34,649 bases of DNA from Nitrospirota bacterium (GTDB taxonomy: Bacteria > Nitrospirota > 9FT-COMBO-42-15 > HDB-SIOI813): contig JACRGZ010000152.1 in NCBI GenBank assembly GCA_016234155.1, positions 1 to 34,649 of the forward strand. Reading direction: 5' to 3'. Below are positions 15,873 to 26,300 of this stretch, piece by piece; the stretch's first letter is position 1; each line of letters begins with the position of its first letter. A program made the translations under genes and the position numbers. The notes beneath the pieces are model-generated. The model was not told where the DNA came from. It was given only the letters and a program-made list of their open reading frames with translations, and ran no database searches.

Positions 15873-18722
15873 TCAAAAGGCGACACTATAGTAGATGGAT
15901 AGAGTACTATTATTGTAATCCCCCCCTACGATCGGGATCGGAGATGCAAGGATATCTGTCAGGTCCTGTAGTTCCTTGGAGGACACGTGGATATTGGTCG
16001 AGCTGGTTACATAGGAGTAGGATAGACCGCAATTTACCTGATCAGACAGCGGATAGCTTAGCCCCCCTGACAGACCATACTGAACAGTCTTCCGGAACCG
16101 TTGAAATAGTGTTACAGAGTCTGGATTGGAATAGACGTAATAGGTCCCATTGGCCCCTAAATTGCCTGACAGGTCTTTTGTGATCTGCCGGCTATAATTT
16201 ATAGACATACCATTTGACCGGTATGCAAAGTTACTGGCCATAGGGTCCAGATTCATACTGCTTGAGAAGCTATATGAGAGGCTCATCGAATCCCGTGGTG
16301 ACAATTGTTGAGAGCCTGTGACAGACATGCTGTGACGATTGGTATCACTGATTTTCGTGCGAAAGGACCGGGCACCTGTAAAGGAATACTGCAGGTTTAG
16401 ACGTGAGGGGATTCCTCTCCCCACCATAGATGCAGAGATGGAGGCGTTATTGGTCGTTGAAGTAGTTACCTTATTAAAAAACCCGTAGCTCTTGTTCAGA
16501 CTGCCCCCTATGACCCACTCTTCCCACACTCGGTACTGACCTGAAAGAGAGCCTGCAAGACTGTTTCCTAATCCCTGACTCTGATAGTAGACACTCTGAG
16601 ACCCAGTCCCACCTGCTGAAAAACGCATCTGTTTGTTCCGGATGAGAATATAGCTGAACCCGGCATTCAGGGAAGATGAGTACCCTGTCACAGGCTTGGT
16701 ACCTTTCGAGATGTTGTTATCCATAGTCTGATTATAACTCACAGAGTAGGAGATATCCCGCAGCCGTCTAAGTTCAACGGCCGACAAATCCCCTTCACGG
16801 GTACCTTTTCCAACCTGCACGATCAGTTCGTACTGTTCCTTGGCCTCTTCAAACCTCCCCTCATCCATATAGACCCGGGCTAACTGAAACCTTGTCTGGG
16901 TAGACTTGGGTTGGAGCTCCAATGCCTTTTTAAATGCGTCAATGGCCTCCAAAGGTTTTTTGAGGCCAATATAATCCATGCCCCTGAAAAGGTAGGTCAC
17001 ATGATTGGATGGGTTCAGCACGCTCAAGATATCGGTCTCTTTCAGACTCTCCTCGAATTTCCCCTTATCATACAACTCACGGGCGGTGCGGGTATGTTCA
17101 TACAATTTGGCAACATTATCCAGGCCCTTTAACCTGGCTTGGGTCTGCCCCATCATCTTTTCATCAGGTTTCAGTGACAGGACATTTTCATATTCGGCCC
17201 TCGCCTCATCAAACCGAGCATGGTTCTCCATTACCAGGCCCAGTTGCATATGGGCATTGGCATAATCCGGTCTCAACTCAATGGCCTTTTTAATAGAGGC
17301 TATGGCATCCTCTGTTTTATTCATGCGGTCGTATATGATCCCCTGGCTCATATAGGCTGAGGCATCCTCCGGGAAGAGGGCGATCACCTCCTTGATCTCA
17401 CTTAGGGCCGCCTCAAATTCACCCTTTTTGATCTGCACATTCACCTCCCGGAAGTGGAGATCCGATTCTATCGTCTGGAGGTGTTTCGTGGCTGTTCCTC
17501 CCTCTGTCGTCTCTTTTCCCAGGGAGAGCACATGATTCAACTCAACGCGTGCCTCTTCTAACTGTCCCACCTGCTCCAGTAATAGACCTAACTGGAGATG
17601 GGCTTGAATAGATTTGGGGTTATTCTCCACGGCCCGCCGCAACGTATCCAGTGCCTTATCCCTTTGACCTGCCTTGCTATAAAGGACTGCCATAAGGAGG
17701 TAGGGCTGCACCTGCTTCGGCCGTAACCGGATGGATTCTTCCAGAGACTGTTGCGTCGCCTCTATATTCCCCTCCTCCATGGAAGTCCTGGCCTCTTCGA
17801 TCACGGCCTTACGTACCTTGGCTGACTCGACGACCTCCAGCCACCCCCTGGCAATACCGACATTCTTATCTTCCGGGGTCCCGCTTCCGATCGGTTTTCC
17901 CCTTTCAATAACATCTTTAAAGAGTCCAATGGCCTCATCTGTCTGACCTTTCCGCTGATACAGGATACCTAATTCGACCTTGGCGGAGATGGACTCGGGA
18001 TTCAGTTCTACCGCCAGCTTCATATCCTTAATAGCCTCCTCAAACCTTTGTTGCGTATCCTCCACATTTCCCCGTAAGTGATAGGCCATCGCGTTTTTGG
18101 GGTCTAAGGCCAATATGGCCTCGACACCCTTAAGGGCCTGGTCGTTTTCTGCCTTTCCAATATGCGTTTGTACTTGTTGGAGTAGCTCCTGGATACGGAT
18201 CTGGCGCTTTACCCCCTCCAGGCGGACGGCTGCTAACCGGGACTCAGCGCCTCCCTTTTGTAAGGCAATGACCTTTTCATAGAATTGTCCGGCCTTTGCC
18301 CAATCTTTCTGGTTTTCATAAAATTGGCCCAGCCGCAGATTGGCCTGCAGGTTATCGGGGTTGATCTCCACGGTCTTTTGATAGGACTTGAGCGCCTGGT
18401 CTCGTTGTTTCAAGAGGGTATACATCTCCCCCATGCCAAAGTATGCATCCTCATTCTTTGGGTCTAAACGCACCACCACCTCAAGTTCGGTCACTGCCTC
18501 TTCTATCTTTTTAGTCCTGGCCAGTTCCATGGCCCTGGATAGATGCGTCTGGATCTCCTGTTGAAGTGTGGGAGCATCCTGGGCGTGGACTGTGGATGGG
18601 ACAAAAAACAGATAGAGATAAAAAAAAAGTAAGGAAAAGAAAAAAACACGAATGGAAAGGGGCCCGAAGAGAGCCAGCGGATAGTTTCTCGGTTTCATGA
18701 TCCGATCTATTATATCTGACAT
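15873..18722 (-). CDS. Outer-membrane protein: long periplasmic TPR domain plus C-terminal beta-barrel (BcsC/PgaA/PelB-like export porin architecture)
   Basis: 949-aa ORF. The signal peptide ends ...FVPSTVHA/QDAP. About 600 aa of TPR repeats follow, then about 290 aa of alternating Ser/Gly/Tyr-rich strands ending ...STLSIYYSVAF with a terminal Phe. The likely true start is ATG 18698 (MKPRNYPLALFG...), downstream of an exact consensus promoter. Confidence 0.75.
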   Translation of the reverse strand: MSDIIDRIMKPRNYPLALFGPLSIRVFFFSLLFFYLYLFFVPSTVHAQDAPTLQQEIQTHLSRAMELARTKKIEEAVTELEVVVRLDPKNEDAYFGMGEMYTLLKQRDQALKSYQKTVEINPDNLQANLRLGQFYENQKDWAKAGQFYEKVIALQKGGAESRLAAVRLEGVKRQIRIQELLQQVQTHIGKAENDQALKGVEAILALDPKNAMAYHLRGNVEDTQQRFEEAIKDMKLAVELNPESISAKVELGILYQRKGQTDEAIGLFKDVIERGKPIGSGTPEDKNVGIARGWLEVVESAKVRKAVIEEARTSMEEGNIEATQQSLEESIRLRPKQVQPYLLMAVLYSKAGQRDKALDTLRRAVENNPKSIQAHLQLGLLLEQVGQLEEARVELNHVLSLGKETTEGGTATKHLQTIESDLHFREVNVQIKKGEFEAALSEIKEVIALFPEDASAYMSQGIIYDRMNKTEDAIASIKKAIELRPDYANAHMQLGLVMENHARFDEARAEYENVLSLKPDEKMMGQTQARLKGLDNVAKLYEHTRTARELYDKGKFEESLKETDILSVLNPSNHVTYLFRGMDYIGLKKPLEAIDAFKKALELQPKSTQTRFQLARVYMDEGRFEEAKEQYELIVQVGKGTREGDLSAVELRRLRDISYSVSYNQTMDNNISKGTKPVTGYSSSLNAGFSYILIRNKQMRFSAGGTGSQSVYYQSQGLGNSLAGSLSGQYRVWEEWVIGGSLNKSYGFFNKVTTSTTNNASISASMVGRGIPSRLNLQYSFTGARSFRTKISDTNRHSMSVTGSQQLSPRDSMSLSYSFSSSMNLDPMASNFAYRSNGMSINYSRQITKDLSGNLGANGTYYVYSNPDSVTLFQRFRKTVQYGLSGGLSYPLSDQVNCGLSYSYVTSSTNIHVSSKELQDLTDILASPIPIVGGDYNNSTLSIYYSVAF

Positions 18723-18736
18723 TTACCTGGTGTCAA
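18709..18736 (-). promoter_or_regulatory. Exact sigma-70 consensus promoter in front of the TPR/beta-barrel gene
   Basis: The minus strand reads TTGACA ccaggtaaatgtcaga TATAAT agatcggatc ATG. The -35 box is at 18736..18731, the spacer is 16 nt, and the -10 box is at 18714..18709. ATG 18698 lies 10 nt after the -10 box. The track start at 18722 sits inside the spacer. Confidence 0.55.
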
Positions 18737-18808
18737 AGGGATTAACATCTCATAGTCTGTATCCTCCTTCTTCTATCGGTACAAACCTAGCCGGCCAGAA
18801 AGCCGGGC

Positions 18809-18850
18809 AAAAAAAAGGGGAGAGGTCCAGGTTCCCCTGGACTTCTCCCC
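18809..18850 (-). terminator. Rho-independent terminator of the 304-aa secreted-protein gene
   Basis: The minus-strand RNA reads GGGGAGAAGUCCAGG GGAA CCUGGACCUCUCCCC UUUUUUUU. This is a 15-bp stem (one G-U pair), a 4-nt loop and a U8 tract, 38 nt after the stop at 18888-18890. Confidence 0.8.
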
Positions 18851-18887
18851 GAGTAACATAACAAACGATCAGTATTCCAACCGAAAA

Positions 18888-19802
18888 TTACGGATCGTGG
18901 GCGCCTGTTACACTGTTGCCGTTATACGTAGAAGCTGAGACAGTCCCATGACCGCCAAACTCGTTGTGATTACACACTATACCAAGACTTCCACAAGTTT
19001 GGTTCAGCTCGCCGACCTGCATCCATGTGCCTAAGTAGACAACAACTTCTCCAGGGGCTACGCCACTGGCTGTAAGACCGAGAGAGGATGATCCGCTCTC
19101 CTCAGACAGGAATGCCTCCATGGTCTGATCAATTGCACGAATCCAAGGATCGCCAGCCGCACCTAATGGTGTACCTACTACATCGGCACCTGACCATGCA
19201 ACATCAACAGCCTGATGCAACCTCTGCCAAATGCCAAAGGAACCACCGCCTGCAGTCATGTCAGCAAGGTCCTGATCCAAGGTCTGGTCAACATAGGAAA
19301 AATCTTGATTTCCAGTAACCCCTTTGTTGAGCACGAACAATGAATCCAGGTATTGAGCGATACCCTGCTCATTTGCAGCCTTGGCTACAGTACCCTCAGT
19401 CACTTTCTGAAAGAGATCCGAGATGATCAAGGTGGCCTCCTGCTCTTCCAACTGTGCAGCAGTAGAACTGGTTGGACAATGACTGTAGGAAGCCGCGAGA
19501 GGACTACCTGTCGCCTCGTCCATAATCGGAGGACATGTTACGATACCATAGGGCTCATTCGCGTATGGGACATAGATCGTCCCAGGACCGTAATTAGGGT
19601 TCTCATCAGCCGCTAGTCCCCATTTGTTCGCTGGCATTGGATCACCATGTGCAGTAGTAATAAACATAGTAGCACCGAATGCTGAATGGTCTGCCTGATC
19701 TATCATAACATCAGACTTGTCATATCCTGCAAAAGCCGGAGCTGCTGTAAGTGCCAGCATCCCCATACCTAATGCTAAGAAGAAAAATTTATTTTTTCTC
19801 AT
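18888..19802 (-). CDS. Secreted protein of unknown function (304 aa), monocistronic
   Basis: Track ORF 18888..19928. I place the start at ATG 19802 (MRKNKFFFLALGMGMLALTAAPAFA/GYDK, a clear signal peptide) because AAGGAGGTG lies 8 nt upstream. I recognised no domain. The protein is acidic and Gly/Thr/Ala-rich, with 4 Cys. Confidence 0.75.
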   Translation of the reverse strand: MRKNKFFFLALGMGMLALTAAPAFAGYDKSDVMIDQADHSAFGATMFITTAHGDPMPANKWGLAADENPNYGPGTIYVPYANEPYGIVTCPPIMDEATGSPLAASYSHCPTSSTAAQLEEQEATLIISDLFQKVTEGTVAKAANEQGIAQYLDSLFVLNKGVTGNQDFSYVDQTLDQDLADMTAGGGSFGIWQRLHQAVDVAWSGADVVGTPLGAAGDPWIRAIDQTMEAFLSEESGSSSLGLTASGVAPGEVVVYLGTWMQVGELNQTCGSLGIVCNHNEFGGHGTVSASTYNGNSVTGAHDP

Positions 19803-19876
19803 ATTCAATTCACCTCCTTTCTTTTTTAATGTTCCGCCATCGGCGATAACCACCGTGGCAGACGAAAGTAAGATAT

Positions 19877-19892
19877 AGCAAGGCGTGTGCCA
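19877..19892 (-). promoter_or_regulatory. Sigma-54 (-24/-12) promoter of the 304-aa secreted-protein gene
   Basis: The minus strand reads TGGCACACGCCTTGCT. This has TGGCAC and TTGCT with the canonical 10 nt between GG and GC (consensus TGGCACG-N4-TTGCW). The predicted start is near 19866, giving a leader of about 64 nt that contains the strong SD. Confidence 0.6.
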
Positions 19893-20243
19893 TAACAACA
19901 GGGAAAATTGTGAACTTAAAAGAATCACACTGATTTATCCAATATAAACAAAGGGTTATTTAGTTTTAACATTTTCTGCATTCCCCGGTTAAAGACCATG
20001 ACAGGCAGCGGATGAGCACTCAAGCCCCCCTGAAAAGTCTGGTAAATTGTAGCCTTTTACCACGCTTCATCCTCCTTGCGTGCGATTCATGCAGACTAAC
20101 CCATTGAAAGTTATAAAAAATTAAACCTGTATAAAATAGATACACCCCAAGTCTGGAGGTGGGTACTTACGTGACATCAATAAAACACCATGAGATATTT
20201 GGGGGTAAGGGGTAGTATAGTGGCAGGAAAACCAAAAATAAAG

Positions 20244-20272
20244 ATGACAAATATTCTTGAATAGGGTATAAC
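20244..20272 (+). promoter_or_regulatory. Sigma-70-like promoter candidate for the surface-protein operon
   Basis: Sequence is ATGACA-N17-TATAAC (5/6 and 5/6 matches), about 55 nt upstream of ATG 20328. No SD is evident near the ATG. Confidence 0.3.
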
Positions 20273-20327
20273 CTCAAATCAGCTTAATCAAAGAAGTGGA
20301 ATAATACTTGCAACTTCAATATATAAG

Positions 20328-23300
20328 ATGCGTATTATGTCAGATATCAAGAAACTGTTTCTGGTCCTTTTAATCAGTAGTCTCATATATTGTCTCATAC
20401 TCGGTGGGTTCGGGACCCTTTACGCAGCCAATTTCCAGTGGATACAAACCGACTGGTCCGGAGGTGCGTCACCTTCCAGCACCACAGGCCATAATCCAGC
20501 TCAGAATGGGCAGACAAGCTGGAACCAATATTATAGCAAGGACCCGAACATAGAGGCATTATCCACAAATGGTCAACTCACACTCTCTCCCCTCTCCGCC
20601 TCCTGGATACAGGATACGGACACTGATTTTAACTCAGGGACACTAACCAGCCTCCAAATAATGGGGACGGGGAGTGCTGCCTATCTTACGTTGAACGATT
20701 ATGTACCGGCCCTTGGCACCGGCGCCGATGGAGACCTGATCGTAGACGGTACAACAGCATCCAGTAGCTCAGACCTCCAGGTGCATGGTGCAGGGAATCC
20801 TCTTATAATAAATGGTATCAAAAATTACAACAAGGTATTTGTCCAGAATGGGGGCGTCATCAGTGGTAGTCCGGCAAGTCTCCTCTCCCCCCCTGCTTCT
20901 ATAAATTTCAACTCTCTCTATGGATACACAGCTCCGCCCGGGGACAACTACTATATCGTAACCACCGTGGACCAGTTTGGCAATGAAACCCAACGAAGCC
21001 CGTTGACTGATAACCCTTATGGAAACAGGATCATCGGACTCAGGGGGTGGGCACCCTATATTACATGGAGTCCGGTAGCCGGCGCTGCAGGATACCGGGT
21101 CTACCGGCGGACCGAATATGTTTCTACGGACTATAGCTCCCCTGCCTTAGTCTGTTCCATTACAAATCCCGCAACTACATCTTGTCTGGATACCCTGCCG
21201 GCTCCTCAACCGGGGTCCCCTCATTTAAAACTGACGCCCGCCCTTGCAACTCCTGGCGTCTCCCCCACCGGCGGCAATTTAACGGACGGCACCTACTATT
21301 ATGTGGCCACTGCCATTGATTTCTGGGGATTTGAGACGAACCCCGGGACCCAGAGGACAGTAACGATTTCTACGGGGACAAATACCGCATCTGTTAGCCT
21401 TTCATGGTCGGCCATTAGTGAGGCATCCGGTTACCGGGTTTATCGTTCGTCCACCAGCGGCATATACAATATTAACGACCCTAATTCCGGGATGGTCTGT
21501 CAGACCACCTCATTGAGTTGTACTGATACACTGTCTACCCCTATACCTGGCGCCCCTTCCATGAGTTATGATAATGCAGCGGCCAATGGCATGCTCCAGC
21601 TTAAAATAATTGGAACCCTTTCAGTGGATTCAACGTCTTCGATTAATCTTGATGGGATGGGATTCTCAGGAGGGGTAAATACAACAACCAGCACCCAGGG
21701 CGTGCCGGGAAAGGGCCCCGGGGCAGCGGGCAACAGGGGCGGGGGTGGCGGCTACGGGTCAGCAGGGACATCAAACAGCAATCCATTATTCCCATCGGCA
21801 ACCGGAATACCTTATGGCAGTACAGTTTCAGTTGCCCAGTCTCCTTATCCCGGTTCTGGCGGTGCCTCCGGCAGTTTCAGCAGTCTTATTTATCAGGGTG
21901 GAACCGGAGGAAACGGCGGCGGGACAGTCCGGATCTCTGCTAATGACATTTCACTCGCCGGCACCATTTCAGCGAAAGGAAGCCCCGGACAGAATGCAAA
22001 CCAGAATTTGACGGACCCGGGAGGCGCCGGCTCAGGGGGACTTGTATTTTTAGACAGCAATATACTGAACAGTACGGGACAGATCACTGCCATAGGCGGC
22101 AGCGGGGGTGTCTTCATCCCGTCTTCTGGTAAAAACCCCAGTAACTATGCAACAGCAGGCTCCGGTGGAAACGGGCGTATCCGGTTGTCTGCATTATCCG
22201 CTATCCCTGGTACTACCAATCCTGCGGCCTTCGTGGGAAATGCCGGGCTATATGAGAGTCCATCCCAGGATCTGGGGGCCGGCGGTGTCAGATTCACCAA
22301 CCACAACATCTCATGGACAGGACAACTCAACGGGGGGAACATTAAGTTCCTAATAGCCACTAACAAGGATAATCAGACATGGATATTCTGTGGACCTGGC
22401 GGGGTTATGGAAAGTTCAGTAAGCCCCGCCTATTACACACCCGACCCTTTCTCTGTGGGAACCCCCATATGGGACGGTCACAACGGTGACAGATATATCA
22501 GATACAAGATAATCTTTGAGGCACCTGATATTGACCCGTTAAATAGTCCTGTGCTGGATAACGTCACCATAGGTTACGAATACAACCCTTTCTTCCAGTC
22601 TTTGGTATCATCTCCTTATGATACCGGAAACACGGCCAATCCAATAAGGGCGTTAACATGGGATGCTAACCTTGCACCCGGGACAGATGCCTCCCTCCAA
22701 TTGAGGACAGGAGGAAGTTCTGCAGGTGTACTTGCGACAGACTGGTATGGCCCAATTAATAGTGCACTTGCAAACTCCGGCGTCATTGTAGCCAACCCTG
22801 GCTTCGAGTCCTGTACCGGAAGCTATACTATTCCACCCGGTTGGACTGCATCAACAGTTCCTATTGACGACGGATGCTACAATTCGGGATATACCGGGAG
22901 TTGGTCTCTCAGTGAAAGACGCACTCAAGACTATTTCTCCCAGTCCTTACAGCTCTCATCCGGAGTAACTTATACCTTTGGTGTCTGGGCCAGATCAGCC
23001 CAGGCAGCTCAACAGACTGCCATACTATTGGTCTCCAGTACCGCAGGTGGAGGATCAACCTATTGTACTAACCAGACGAATAGTACTTCATGGACTCTGT
23101 TAAGCTGTCAGTATACACCCTCTACCAACCAGACCATTTACTTAAATCTCAGGTCTACTGGTACCAAAGGATACTATGCATGGTTTGACGATGTCAGTGT
23201 TAGTGTACTTAGCACAAGCGGCCTCAGCACTATTGCTGTTCAGGATGTAAGTGGATTCTCTGTTGGAGACTGGGTAACTATAACTGAGAGTACGAACCCA

Positions 23301-26300
23301 TCACAGGTTGAGCTCAAAAAGATTTCTGCGATTGATACCGCCACCAACCGGATTACTCTAAATTCCCCGCTTTTATACGGATATACCACAGATTCTGTAG
23401 TAACCAATACCTTCACTGACCCTCAGGGAACAAAGCCTGTTAATATTTTAAACCGGGATGGGGTCAACGACCAGTGGCTCCAATACAGGGTCCTACTAAC
23501 AGCAGAAGACCGGCTTCAGACCCCTGTCTTCCTTGAAAATCGTATAGGTTACCTGCCGGCCGCCGGTATCTATCAACCCGATGGTGTGATTGATTCAAAT
23601 GGGGATTGTTTACTTACTTTTGATGAATGCCGGCTTAATGGAAGCCTTGGAACCTTTGGATCCGGAGGGGGCGGTATATCAAATAGAAGTGTAGACCCGG
23701 GCTTTAAAAATGGCCTGGCCACTTATACAGTACAGATACAGAACGACGGTAATCCGGCCAGTGGTATGGATTCTATCTCAATCAACTGGAATACCCCATC
23801 GGATGCCTCAGGGGCATGGACAGTAGTCCTGAATGATATAAGTCAGAATCTTTCATCGCCGGTAACCGTCACCTTAGATCCCGGCAGCAGCCAGACTTAT
23901 ACCCTGGAGGTGACACCTTCGATATATGCCCCGGCAGACTCTGTTAAGACAGTCACACTGGACATCCACTCACAAAACGAATATGTAAAAGGGGATTCTA
24001 TACAGGCAGTAACCACCATCAACCGTGCCTATCAGACTGATGGAATTATAGAAACAAATGGAAATGACACGCGGGACACCACCGGTAACGGGAATGGAGG
24101 ATCAGCCTCTAAGACCTCTATGCCGGCAGATACAATGACGTATACGATAACAATTGAAAATGAGGGGAACATACAGGATGTCTACATATTATCCCAAACA
24201 TCTTCCTGCACAGATAGTAATAACCTCGCTCAACCCCTTCCCCCGAACTGGAAGATCCTGATTAATGACGGGACAACAGATTATGACCTTGTCTCTGCAA
24301 CCTGGACCACGACCGCTGTCCCGGCAAAGATCAATGCAGGCTCCGTAGTTCAGTACACCCTCAAGGTATTTACCTCAGGGGAACCCATGACCTGCACTAC
24401 CATCTTAAAGATAGACTCTATTGGAACCGGCACAACGCAGGATTCCCTAACTGCAACGACCGTCCTCAGCAACGCCTACGGTGTAGACCTGTGGATTGAA
24501 GGAACAAACGGGGATAATCTCTATGACGCTACAGGAACCGGCGGTGGAGGCAACTATTCTAAAGGGATTTTGGGGGGAGTTGCCGGAACATTCGATATAA
24601 AAGTACAGAACGAGGGAAATGGCCCTGATTCATTTATACTCGAATGGAGTTTTGACCCACCTATCCCACCCGACTGGTCCATAACCATCCTGAACCAGGA
24701 TGGGTCCACACTTTGTGCTTCTCCCTCATCATGCATTGTTCCTCCTTCAGACCTTGCCTGTATCTATAAATCAGGGTCTCAGTGCTTAGCTATCGCCGGC
24801 GAGGTTATTCCTTTAAGGTTACAGGTTTCACCCCCCTCCTCTTTCACATCAGGGTATCAGGATATTATCATAAAGGGAACATCCATGGGAGATACTTCAA
24901 AAGTGGATTCTATTCGGGCCAGGGTATGGGCTAATTCATTGACTATCACTGTGGCCTCAGTAACACCTACTTCTTCTACAATAACCTGGCCTGCCCCTCC
25001 ATGGCCAGCAGATAGTTATGACCTGAGATACTCAAGGGGAGACATTAACAGTGCAAAGGAGATTATAGAAGACGGGTTAATACCTGTACCCAATCAGGTC
25101 AATTTCTCTAATGCGACCGCTGTGAGAGGACTCCCAAAACCCAAAACATCCGGAACCGAGTCCTTTACTGTCACACAGCTTTATGCCAACACCAACTACT
25201 ACTTTGCCTTAAAAACAAGGCAAAACGGGGGCAATACATCAGTCATATCAAGCTGTAGCAATTGCCCGCGTAAAACAGATAGCTCCTCAGATTTAACACC
25301 GCCTTCAGCCGTCAGTGACCTGGTGGTTACTTCCGGCACAGCAGATTCAGAAACACTCTGCTGGACTGCACCCTATGACGACAACCCCAGTACCCCTGTT
25401 ACAGGATATGTCCTGAAATATTCTACCAAAAAGATTGTGGATGGTATCACACCTGGCATGGGGGAGGTACTGTTCAGTAATGCGACTACTATAGATGACC
25501 TCGGGATACCCAAGTCCCCGGGGACCCAAGAATGCTACAAAGTAAAGGTAAACAACATCATATCGCAAAATGATCGTACCCCTAATACACAGTTCTTTTT
25601 TGCCCTGAAGTCAGGAGACGAAAATCAAGCCGGTAACGATGGCATCCTCAATACCCAGGACGATAACCTCTCCTCCATATCCAATGTAGCCCAGGGACTG
25701 ACGGCGATGTCTTCAAACGCCTATAATATGGTTTCAGTTCCCAAGGTCCCAAACCCTAATTCCCCAGCGGATGTCTTTGGGGATGATGTGGGCTCACCCC
25801 TCTATCTCTATTGGTGGGATTCCCGGGGGGTCGGTCACGACCAGGGATGCTATGATGGCCTGCCGAATCAGTTTAATCCCAATAATGTGAACCCGCCCTG
25901 TACACAGATCACTGCAATACAGGAAGGCAAAGGGTACTTTCTCTGGTCTCCCCGACAGGATGTTGTCCTCGATGCCCCGGTTGGCTCATCTGAGGTTACT
26001 CCAGCTTCCTGTACTAATGAACTCAATCAGAGTTTTAACTGTTATGTTTACACCCTTAAGGAAGGGTGGAATACGATAGGTAATCCATTTGGAAAAGAGG
26101 TGGATGTCAGCGCTGTAAGGATCAGGGAAACAAAACAGCAGGAATTGACTACCACTATTACTACGGCACCATTCCTGCAAGCAGTTAACAATAACTGGAT
26201 AGGGAATGCAATCTATTCTTATAACGGGACAGCCTATTCGTACGACATTTGTGATAATACAGGCTGTAATCCTGTGTTGCAGTCATGGAAGAGTTACTGG

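Noticed and set aside
18742-18769. Strong SD (AAGGAGGA) followed 8 nt later by a 3-codon mini-ORF (ATG AGA TGT TAA) upstream of the porin gene
   Set aside because: It lies upstream of the consensus promoter's -35 box and just downstream of the strong terminator. Three codons cannot be evaluated, so this is probably a chance combination. It could be revisited if 5'-end data show read-through transcripts.
19803-19928. N-terminal extensions of track ORFs (18888..19928; likewise 32890..34029 and 737..2599)
   Set aside because: Internal ATGs (19802, 33864, 2500) open proper signal peptides or TM segments. For 19802 and 2500 they are also preceded by good SDs. The extensions overlap regulatory or neighbouring coding sequence and have no signal-peptide character.
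20297-20312. Sigma-54-like motif TGGAATAATACTTGCA upstream of the giant gene
   Set aside because: The GG-N10-GC spacing and TTGCA are correct, but the -24 half matches only TGG-A. The predicted start would lie about 4 nt from ATG 20328. It is kept only as a weak possibility of leaderless sigma-54 transcription paired with the divergent sigma-54 promoter, and it is not strong enough to call.
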